The translations under genes and the position numbers were made by a program. Below the pieces are notes generated by a model. The model did no database searches. It was not told the origin of the DNA and saw nothing but the letters and a program-made list of their open reading frames with translations. Of a stretch of 64,000 nucleotides of DNA, positions 1 through 7,911 are shown piece by piece (within the stretch, counting starts at the first letter, position 1; each line of letters begins with the position of its first letter). Location: sequence record NC_071007.1; one strand, 5' to 3'.

Positions 1-114
1 TTCCATTTCATCATTAACTGAATTTACAATTTGTTCCATTACTTCCATAGTTGCACAGAACGCTACCCAGTTCATCAATGAAGATACAGATTTTTCAATC
101 ACTAATGGAAACAT
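1..114 (-). CDS. Hypothetical protein, 5' part only (MFPLVIEKSVSSLMNW...), runs off the window edge
   Basis: ATG at 114 on the minus strand preceded by AAAGGATAAAATT; frame open to base 1. Confidence 0.6.
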   Translation of the reverse strand, partial: MFPLVIEKSVSSLMNWVAFCATMEVMEQIVNSVNDEME

Positions 115-382
115 AATTTTATCCTTTTTAAATTAATTTAAAATAGTAAATGTACATATTAATAATATCGATCTGTTTATTTTTGAATGTCTATTTTCTA
201 GCTAAACAAACAAAACCCTTTCCCTACCCAGAGATCTCTCCCCAGATAGGTTTTAATTCAATTTTCTTTTCTGTTTTACTTTTCTTTTCAAACTTCTCAA
301 ATGAACTCGTATATGGAATAAAGGAAGTTATTCACTTCGTTCATAACCTATCCTTATCCATATACTCATTTTCCTAATTAGA

Positions 383-390
383 GTAATATA
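383..390 (-). promoter_or_regulatory. phiKZ-type early promoter core TATATTAC
   Basis: Exact TATATTAC on the minus strand upstream of leftward genes; second exact copy at 5120-5127. Confidence 0.55.
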
Positions 391-411
391 GGGTTTCACC
401 CGGCATCGACT

Positions 412-470
412 TGGACCTAGGTAATTGGACCCGCTCTTGACTGATGGACCCCGCTTGACTGATGGCCCCA
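412..470. repeat. GC-rich imperfect direct repeats of about 18 nt
   Basis: TGGACC at 412, 426, 445 and TGGCCC at 463; CTTGACTGATGG exact at 436 and 454. Confidence 0.7.
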
Positions 471-628
471 ACCCAAACCCTTCCCCAAAACCACTATTTT
501 CATAGTAAAGTTTAGAGTAGAATTTGGACAGAAAATCAACAGAAAAGTGAATTCATCAATCAAGAAAAGAAACCAATTACATATAATATATATTCACACT
601 AAAAAATAAATAAAAAAATATGTATTTT

Positions 629-720
629 AAAATTACCCAGGGAGATTATCCCTGGGTAATTTTTTGTTTAAAATGAAAAAAAAAAATGTTAAAGCTTAGG
701 GGTGATAAATCACCCCTAAG
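629..720. terminator. Two tandem hairpins (intrinsic terminators)
   Basis: 15-bp stem 629-663 flanked by A/T runs and 11-bp stem 695-720, downstream of the 725-1579 gene. Confidence 0.7.
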
Positions 721-724
721 GTAT

Positions 725-1579
725 TTAGTTGTTAATATTAAAATGATCGAAATAAAAACTTATTGCGTTTTCAATATGTTCCTTTACATATTTATTTTCA
801 GGTGTTATGTAAAATACTGCATTTACCCGCAAAGAGCTTTCATAAAGGGATGAAGAACAATCCTTATCCATCAATGAAAACTTTATTTGAATTGGGCCAT
901 CTTTTTCAACGATCAAAGTTCCAAATTCCAATGGAATGATGCTTTTCTCTGAACTAACGACGACAGTATTCAAATCAATTTTTGCTTGATCAGTAAAAAC
1001 TTTATCAAGCTGACTAATTGATTTAGCTCCAATAATTCTAGTTAAAGCACAACCCAATTGATGACGGATGGATTGTTTAAATGTGTTAAAGTTACAATGT
1101 GGGTCTTGGTTTTTGTTAATAACTTTAGCAAAAGCCACGTTTGATTTTTCTACAACAAAAAGGCAATCTAGCAATTCCGTAATTTGAGATTCTGAATGAG
1201 GATTGGCGTGTTTGTATAAGTCATGAGCATATTCGTCATCTCCACCGATGCTTTTGAAAAAGGCTTGTTGGATCCCTTCTTTAACCAACTCATCTCTTTC
1301 ATTTACTGCGGTACTGGTGACTTCATCACCAATGTACATTTGAACAGTTTGGTTTCGCGGCATTTGAACGATGAAGGGAGTCTTCCCAATAATCCCTGCA
1401 TAAAACAATGATCCCAGGGTATGAGAAACAGAGAACTCATATTTGATTCCGTCGAATGTACCTTTGTGTTCACTTTGTCCTTGATGAGTAGGGGAAAAGA
1501 CATTGTTATCTTTCAAAGTCTCTTTCCAAACTTTTACCATCGGAGAATCTACAACTTGGATTTGAGTTTCAGTTTTCAT
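725..1579 (-). CDS. Hypothetical protein (284 aa)
   Basis: Long ORF with AAGGA RBS in a leftward gene run; no motif recognised. Confidence 0.8.
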   Translation of the reverse strand: MKTETQIQVVDSPMVKVWKETLKDNNVFSPTHQGQSEHKGTFDGIKYEFSVSHTLGSLFYAGIIGKTPFIVQMPRNQTVQMYIGDEVTSTAVNERDELVKEGIQQAFFKSIGGDDEYAHDLYKHANPHSESQITELLDCLFVVEKSNVAFAKVINKNQDPHCNFNTFKQSIRHQLGCALTRIIGAKSISQLDKVFTDQAKIDLNTVVVSSEKSIIPLEFGTLIVEKDGPIQIKFSLMDKDCSSSLYESSLRVNAVFYITPENKYVKEHIENAISFYFDHFNINN

Positions 1580-1604
1580 AATGTTTTCCTTTTTCTAAAT
1601 AAAA

Positions 1605-2126
1605 TTACATTTGAACAGGGATATTGAGTAAACGCTTAGTACTGATAGACATGTTTAACATTGGTCCACGATATTCTTTTTTAAGCTTCCAACCGACAGA
1701 CTGCCAAAATACCTTCTCATAATCGCTAGGTGCGTTTTTAATCTTTTCTTGAACACTTTCACCTTTATGGATGACAAGTCCCTGTAAGAGCATCCTATCA
1801 AACATAATGTCACAAATTTTATCATAAACAAAGTTTGTGATGTGGGCTTTTGTACTGTACCGTTTATGTTCAAAAGTTCCCAAGAAATAATTTAAATTTC
1901 CTTGTTTAATTGAATATGTTACATCAATCAATTTTTGATTATTATAAACACGGTATTTGAAGTAAATATAAAAATCCATCATGATCTGTATTTTTATTAT
2001 TTTACCGTCTTTAAATACTTGCAATCTATTTTCTTTTTCAAACTCAAAGACTTTAGCATTCATTAATTCATGCATCGTTTTTAAGTGCACTCTTCCTTGA
2101 ATTAAACCATTAATAAACTTTTTCAT
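1605..2126 (-). CDS. Hypothetical protein (173 aa), weak GNAT-like C-terminal motif
   Basis: ORF in leftward operon; KVFWQSVGW loosely resembles GNAT FY.K.GF. Confidence 0.7.
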   Translation of the reverse strand: MKKFINGLIQGRVHLKTMHELMNAKVFEFEKENRLQVFKDGKIIKIQIMMDFYIYFKYRVYNNQKLIDVTYSIKQGNLNYFLGTFEHKRYSTKAHITNFVYDKICDIMFDRMLLQGLVIHKGESVQEKIKNAPSDYEKVFWQSVGWKLKKEYRGPMLNMSISTKRLLNIPVQM

Positions 2127-2162
2127 TTTAACTCCATACTAAATTAGAGTAAACGCTGATCA

Positions 2163-2693
2163 TTATTCCAAAGAGATAACAATATCTTCAAACTCTAATA
2201 TTACACCATGACAATATTTAGTTCTTATTCCTTTAATTAATGTTGTAACACCCCAGGAAAGATCTTCGATTGGATTTTTGTTGATTAGTTCCAAAATACC
2301 ATCAAAAGAAAATTCCGGATTTTCATCCACAATTAGTTTAGCAAGTTTCTTTTTACCTTTAGTCCTTTGAAGTTGGTTTTTTAACCAAATATCAAACATC
2401 ATGTTTCCAATCAACTTCAACAGGTCATTTTCAATATTTAAAAATAGTTCACTGTCTCGTCGATTTTTCAACAAAGGGAAATGACCGATGCCTATTTCCT
2501 TTCTTTGTTTTGTAATGTTATCAAAGAAGGAAATTGTGTAACAATGCAAACCAGTCTGGACCAATTCCAGTTTATAATCCAAATCGGCTGAAATAGAAAA
2601 AGAGATGGATTCAATTTCCTTTTTAGCAAACTGGGTTAAACGTTCACTACACCCTGATATCCGTTGTTTTAAAATTGACATTCTAAGTTTCAT
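2163..2693 (-). CDS. Hypothetical protein (176 aa)
   Basis: Abuts the stop of the methyltransferase gene. Confidence 0.75.
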   Translation of the reverse strand: MKLRMSILKQRISGCSERLTQFAKKEIESISFSISADLDYKLELVQTGLHCYTISFFDNITKQRKEIGIGHFPLLKNRRDSELFLNIENDLLKLIGNMMFDIWLKNQLQRTKGKKKLAKLIVDENPEFSFDGILELINKNPIEDLSWGVTTLIKGIRTKYCHGVILEFEDIVISLE

Positions 2694-3338
2694 TTAATCT
2701 TGCTCCTTCACATAAACTGTCCAGTGATCATGAATTCCATTAAATCTTACATGGTTCTCATTTAACTCTTCAGAAATATCTTTGAGTACTTTGAACTTAC
2801 TATCCAGCAGTTCAAACATTCTATCATCACCAGTACACCCACCGTACGATTCACCTTGATAAATGAGTATTTGTCCTTTTGACATTTTATCCAGTACTCT
2901 AGCACCAAAAGGATCATTGTACCCCGGCCATGTCATTACAACTGCATTGTAACTATCATTGATGTAATGTAACGCATCCCCTTTAATACCATCAAATAAG
3001 ACAGCATCTGACCAATAGTGATATTCTTGTAAATCAACCGCTGTGTAATCAGTTACACCTGCATCTTTCATGTGAGCTGATAGATAACCTGTCCCTGAAG
3101 CTACTTCCAGAACTTTCTTACCCCTAAGAAAATTTCCCAGAATCATTTTAACCTCAGTTGTTAAAATAAACCAAGCAATCAACCTGGTATATTTACAACG
3201 AACTTCCCATTGACTACTATATGAAAAATGTTTACCTTTTAATTTGTCCTTTGGTAAAGTTGGTGGGATTTGGTCATTTTTAGTTAATTCAGCAATTTCT
3301 GTTCCAGTGTTAATTTTTGGTACTGTAATTGGAAACAT
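2694..3338 (-). CDS. Class I SAM-dependent methyltransferase
   Basis: Motif I VLEVASGTGY, acidic AVD after beta2, GDA, VVMTWP and GGCTG motifs. Confidence 0.8.
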   Translation of the reverse strand: MFPITVPKINTGTEIAELTKNDQIPPTLPKDKLKGKHFSYSSQWEVRCKYTRLIAWFILTTEVKMILGNFLRGKKVLEVASGTGYLSAHMKDAGVTDYTAVDLQEYHYWSDAVLFDGIKGDALHYINDSYNAVVMTWPGYNDPFGARVLDKMSKGQILIYQGESYGGCTGDDRMFELLDSKFKVLKDISEELNENHVRFNGIHDHWTVYVKEQD

Positions 3339-3532
3339 AATTTTATCCTTTATTTATCTAAATTAAATAAGGTTTAAAGAACTAAACACTAAAGAAATAA
3401 GGATGTTTACGTAGTAAACCGTATATAAACAAATTCCCCCTACCCCTCCCTCACCTATCGGTAAGAGCGTATCTAGTCACATTATATTGGGTAAGAATTA
3501 TAAAAATAATTTATTCAACAAACAAACTAAAA

Positions 3533-3563
3533 GCTAGTAACTCGGAAATTCCGAGTTACTAGC
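3533..3563 (-). terminator. Intrinsic terminator
   Basis: 14-bp perfect stem GCTAGTAACTCGGA, loop AAT, T-rich tail on the minus strand. Confidence 0.8.
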
Positions 3564-3571
3564 AACATTGG

Positions 3572-4234
3572 TTATTTTACAGTAGTTTGATGAAGAAGAG
3601 ATTTTAATGCAGTTACTGTGTTATCAATACAGTAGTTTTTCAATTCTTCTTTGGAATTAAAAACAAGCCCATTAGAACAGGATTTTAAATTCCAAGGAAT
3701 CAATAGATCCAAGATTCCGTCAAGATTGTCAGGGAAATAAATAACCAGATTTTTGATCAGATATTTACCCTGAACAGTTCGAGTTATTTCATTCAATCCA
3801 ACACTAAAAGAATTATCTATAAAAATTGTTTTAGTTTTAGACTTACCAAAGATACGATCCATCAATGAAAAATCTTTTTCAGGATCATAATTGGTATTTT
3901 CAAAAAGATAGTTTTCAAAACCAATAAAAGCTTGCTTTTGATCAAACTTTATAAATTGGGATTCTAAGCGAGAAATTGTAGAACGATTAAATCCCCACCT
4001 TCCATTAGTAAGATTATCTTCACAGATTACCTTTCCATCTACTTTAATCGCAAGAGACCAGTGTGGTGCCTTAAATTCCAGAATACAACTTACACCACAC
4101 CAATAAAATAACTCAGGAAATTTTGCATCTTTGCCTAATTTCTTTAGTTCATTAATTTCATCGTTGATTACGGTACGATGATGGTGGAACAGATTCAGCA
4201 ATACCCGTACTAAAATAAGTTTAAAATCCCACAT
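3572..4234 (-). CDS. Hypothetical protein (220 aa)
   Basis: Long ORF followed by a terminator. Confidence 0.75.
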   Translation of the reverse strand: MWDFKLILVRVLLNLFHHHRTVINDEINELKKLGKDAKFPELFYWCGVSCILEFKAPHWSLAIKVDGKVICEDNLTNGRWGFNRSTISRLESQFIKFDQKQAFIGFENYLFENTNYDPEKDFSLMDRIFGKSKTKTIFIDNSFSVGLNEITRTVQGKYLIKNLVIYFPDNLDGILDLLIPWNLKSCSNGLVFNSKEELKNYCIDNTVTALKSLLHQTTVK

Positions 4235-4305
4235 TGAAATTGGATCCTTTTGTTATTGCCCTAAAAGTGGAAGGGACCAAGTCCCCTCCGATAGTTTCAT
4301 AGTAT

Positions 4306-4935
4306 TTATTTAAAGATTTCTTCCAGTGTACAACGTTCCCCCTTTTCCGTATCAACTTCATTTGCCAACAGACCGTTTATTACACGACCTTTGTACGATT
4401 TAAACTGACTAGTTGGTTCTTGAAACTTCTTAACAAGCAGTTCAAAAACACCTGAGTATTCCCCAGTTGTCCTGTTTGTTTCGGTTACATAAAAGCCATG
4501 AATAATTTCATATTTAACAGCCTTTTTAACCAAATTGTAATGGATCATGTCGTTGATCATATTTTCCAGAAGTTTAGACATTTTCTGATTAGAATGCTGA
4601 TCAATAAAAATCCCCATTACCGAACCATGCTCTTCATAGTCTTCACTTAAGGTGTAACGAAAATCAGTGTAATTAAAATCACTGATTAATTTACTGATGA
4701 TCCCTGATTTAGGACGAGTAAATTTAGTTTCACCTTGAACAGACAAATAAAACATCACAAATCGTTGTTTATGGTTTAAAAAGAAACTAACTCCTTTAAT
4801 ATTACTGGTGGGGAAATTATCTAGTTTCCAGTGTGGAATGTGTTCTGGATTGACTTGAATTTCCTGAACTTCAATTCCAGAAAACAGTCTCTCCAATGCA
4901 TATTTAATACGACTTTCAACAGTTTCAAAATTCAT
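4306..4935 (-). CDS. Hypothetical protein (likely start MNFETVES at 4935 rather than 5022)
   Basis: AAGGA RBS before ATG 4935; promoter motif at 4974-4992 lies inside the longer ORF call. Confidence 0.7.
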   Translation of the reverse strand: MNFETVESRIKYALERLFSGIEVQEIQVNPEHIPHWKLDNFPTSNIKGVSFFLNHKQRFVMFYLSVQGETKFTRPKSGIISKLISDFNYTDFRYTLSEDYEEHGSVMGIFIDQHSNQKMSKLLENMINDMIHYNLVKKAVKYEIIHGFYVTETNRTTGEYSGVFELLVKKFQEPTSQFKSYKGRVINGLLANEVDTEKGERCTLEEIFK

Positions 4936-5817
4936 GATGGTATCCTTAGATATTAATGGTAATTTTACAATTAGATAATATCTATTTAAATTATTATGGA
5001 AATAGACTATTGTATGTAACAAAAAGCATTTCTCAATAATTATTGTTTAAGTGATTATTCAGAATTGTGCTTTCCGCTAAGCATCTTTCTAAAGTAGGTT
5101 GCAATACTTTACTCCTCTAGTAATATATTGTGAGGACACCTCCTAGTCCTCACTTTCATAATAAATATTTTATTGAGTGTTTATTATGAAAGTCTATCCC
5201 TACATCTTCGCCAGACGTCTTGACTTTCAATTCCATTGTTTATCCTGTAATCAAAGTGTGCATCCTTTCGCTACCGATGTGCACTTCTTAATGTATTCTT
5301 TGTCAGAGTTCATTAAGAAGCGTAACCTGTTGCGATTCATTGTCAAATCCTTATGCATGTACTAAGCTGGGGGAGAGGCTCGACTCCCTCATCTTCTTAA
5401 TAAGTATTTAAGCAAGTATTTATTAAGAAGGTCTTACATTGCGGTGATACCTTCTTTGCATTCTTTTCATTTCTTAGCAATTTTCAATATTTCTGTAAAA
5501 GCCAAATGGTTTTTCTTTTTGGCTCTTTTTAATATCTATTTTTAAAGTGAATATTAAAAAGACAATTTAGGGATCTTTATGTTTTTCTTTGATTTAGCTT
5601 AATGCTTGGACATGGCTGCTAAATCTTTCCTTTTGGCATAGAGATCCCGCTTGATTTTGATTTAACTTACTTATACCACCTAAAGAGTTTATGAACCAAT
5701 ATTTGGTCGGCAACTTACCCCCTAAGGTTAAAGTTATAGTTAAATCATTTTCTCCGGATTATAAAGATCCGGATTTATTTAAAACATACTGTACATTTGT
5801 ATTGTATGTAACAAACT

Positions 5818-5901
5818 GCGGGTATGGTGAAATCGGTAGACACAAGGGATTTAAAATCCCTCGCTTATGGCGTGCCAGTTCGATCCTGGCTACCCGCACC
5901 A
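5818..5901 (+). tRNA. trnL: tRNA-Leu (anticodon TAA)
   Basis: GCGGGTA/TACCCGC acceptor, AGGGA-TTTAAAA-TCCCT anticodon arm, long variable arm, TTCGATC T-loop, encoded CCA. Confidence 0.95.
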
Positions 5902-6198
5902 ATTTCAAATCCCCGAGACGGATAATGATAAGTCTATAAACGACTTGGTGCGATCATTATGCCGTTCTCGGCCCTATTAGAGTTAATCGAGTTCTTAACT
6001 TAAATAAACTGATGTTTGGCTTTAGGTGAAGTAGGCGGCTTGATTAACTCAAATACATTTGGATCTATCTCACGAAATTGTCAAATTAACGTTTACAAAC
6101 AAATGACTCCGACTCGAATTGGAATAACTATTGTAAACAATTTATACGGGACTCCATAGTTAACCGTGACGACAAAGAGTGGATCCAATATCTTTTTA

Positions 6199-6274
6199 GG
6201 TTCCTTAGTTCAGTAGGTAGAACAGCTGACTGTTAATCAGCGCGTCACTGGTTCGATCCCAGTAGGAACCGCCA
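6199..6274 (+). tRNA. trnN: tRNA-Asn (anticodon GTT)
   Basis: GGTTCCT/AGGAACC acceptor, GCTGA-CTGTTAA-TCAGC anticodon arm, TTCGATC T-loop, G discriminator plus CCA. Confidence 0.95.
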
Positions 6275-6440
6275 TTATTCATTCCAGATTAATCTGGTTC
6301 ATACATCGGTACCTTAAGGTATGACCAAATGCACCTAAGTTCATAAGTTAATAAGTGAATATGGTGACGGTTTACATGAAACGTTCTGAACGGAAACCAA
6401 GACGAACGACGTATGTATGGTAATATGAAAACGTATTAAT

Positions 6441-6519
6441 GAGAACTATAGACGAATGGAAAGTCGCCTAACACCATTCCATAGTTAGGATTGCCTTGGT
6501 TCGAATCCAAGAGTTCTCA
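6441..6519 (+). ncRNA. tRNA-like RNA with an expanded 11-nt anticodon loop and no encoded CCA
   Basis: GAGAACT/AGTTCTC acceptor, GAC/GTC D-stem, CCTAAC/GTTAGG stem with loop ACCATTCCATA, CTTGG-TTCGAAT-CCAAG T-arm. Confidence 0.75.
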
Positions 6520-6968
6520 TCCCTCTTCCTTCTATCTGTGCATTCACCTCCATTGTTGTTTGCTCCTCTGTTGCACTTCGTCGTCAATACAGGTAGAAGG
6601 AAACCTATTTCGTTGTAACGTCTAATCCAAAAAGGGCGTTCATTGCAACGAATAGCTTTACCTGCGGGTAAAGCGTATATTGGGTAATCGTGCCTAATGA
6701 TAATGTCATCGTTTAAGATGGCTATCAAGATTGTCTTATAGATGTTGTAGGTTGCTGCCGGTGCCAAAAATGGACGGAGCATTAATAGGAGAAAAGTTCC
6801 TGACTACGGACTAAACACTTTAAGGCATGAACACGGTAAGCCAAAGCTAGTCACTTTGGAAGTTGTTCAGCAATGTTCAGCCTATTATCCCTTTTCAGGA
6901 TTGGAGCCAAAGGCCACGGTCCATTACCTAAAAAGAGATAATGGGAAGAATATTTATTTTATACAATA

Positions 6969-7004
6969 CCTACCTAATCCTAAATAGGATTAGGTAGGGT
7001 TTTT
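6969..7004 (+). terminator. Intrinsic terminator closing the RNA array
   Basis: 13-bp stem CCTACCTAATCCT/AGGATTAGGTAGG then GTTTTT. Confidence 0.85.
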
Positions 7005-7051
7005 GTTTGTCTAACGATATTTTGAACTAACCGAATTAAAAGGTATTAATT

Positions 7052-7900
7052 ATGAATCTTGTTGATTTTTGTGTTGACCATATTGTTAATGGACCAACAG
7101 ATATAAGTGATTATTTATTAAAACTTGCATTTGATAATCCTAATAACTATGGTGGATTTATTTGGGGTGATCAAAATACAGAATACAGTATTGAACAAGG
7201 TATCCGAGAAAAAGTCATTGTAAAAATGATCGCACCTTTATTAAATGTCCAAGGTGGTCAAACTGAAATCATTGATTTAAGCGGCGCACATATTAAAAAT
7301 ATGGCTGGTGGAAATATTCACGTTAACGTCCCTGACTTTTTAACTGGTGGAAGAAAGATTCTTTCTGTACTAGAAGTTTATCCAGGTAGTTTAAATCGGG
7401 CTATAACGTCTAACGGTAACTTTACTGCCTATAATTCATGCGAAGGTGCCGGGCAGATGGGGAACGCGTTAAACCGCGTCATGAACGGTTTAGACTCAGG
7501 TCAAGTACAACGAGTTTATACACATTTTACTATGGTCGGAAATAACAGTTTTATTATTCGATCAGCTGGTTCCGTCATGTTTAATTTAGTAGCAAAAGTG
7601 GTATTAAGTTACGATGAACATTTTAGTGTTGTCCCTCCTAAAATGTATTATGCTTTTGCTAAGTTAGTTGAATTGGGTGTTAAAAGCTATATTTACAAAA
7701 ATTGTCGTAGAGGAATGCAGGAAGCTGTTTCTCGGTTTGGTGTTTCCATTGATGAGATTAAAGAAGAAGTAATGGAATACCGGGATGCTGCTAAAGAGTT
7801 CAGAGATTATTTTGAAGAAGACATTCAAAAGTATCTGGCTTACTCCGACAATAAAGGTGTTAGCGACACAATTAGGCAGCTGATGCCTCGTAGAAGGTAA
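7052..7900 (+). CDS. Conserved phiKZ-like protein, function unknown (possibly virion)
   Basis: 282-aa ORF co-oriented with the next two genes. Confidence 0.75.
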   Translation: MNLVDFCVDHIVNGPTDISDYLLKLAFDNPNNYGGFIWGDQNTEYSIEQGIREKVIVKMIAPLLNVQGGQTEIIDLSGAHIKNMAGGNIHVNVPDFLTGGRKILSVLEVYPGSLNRAITSNGNFTAYNSCEGAGQMGNALNRVMNGLDSGQVQRVYTHFTMVGNNSFIIRSAGSVMFNLVAKVVLSYDEHFSVVPPKMYYAFAKLVELGVKSYIYKNCRRGMQEAVSRFGVSIDEIKEEVMEYRDAAKEFRDYFEEDIQKYLAYSDNKGVSDTIRQLMPRRR

Positions 7901-7911
7901 AGGAAATAAAC

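Larger units (their letters stand above)
5130..7004 (+). ncRNA. Highly structured non-coding RNA array / tRNA operon
   Basis: More than 15 consecutive stems, G-U wobbles consistent only with the + strand, no credible ORF, embedded tRNAs, ends at terminator 6969-7004. Confidence 0.6.

Noticed and set aside
150-377. 75-aa + strand ORF
   Set aside because: Low-complexity F/S/L product of the T-rich strand; antisense to the leftward promoter, uORFs and G-tract leader
5369-5390. GGGGGAGAGGCTCGACTCCC as a tRNA or tmRNA T-arm
   Set aside because: Forms a plain hairpin; no acceptor partner, D-arm, G3-U70 pair or tag frame found
5177-6782. ORFs 5177-5365, 5691-5939 and 6468-6782
   Set aside because: They overlap tRNAs or strong RNA stems, lack good RBSs and have no recognisable protein features
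5130-7000. tmRNA, RNase P, SRP RNA or a CRISPR array in the structured region
   Set aside because: No GAGGAAAGUCC, no SRP GGAA helix, no Ala-type acceptor, no regularly spaced identical repeats seen by eye; a covariance-model search is still needed
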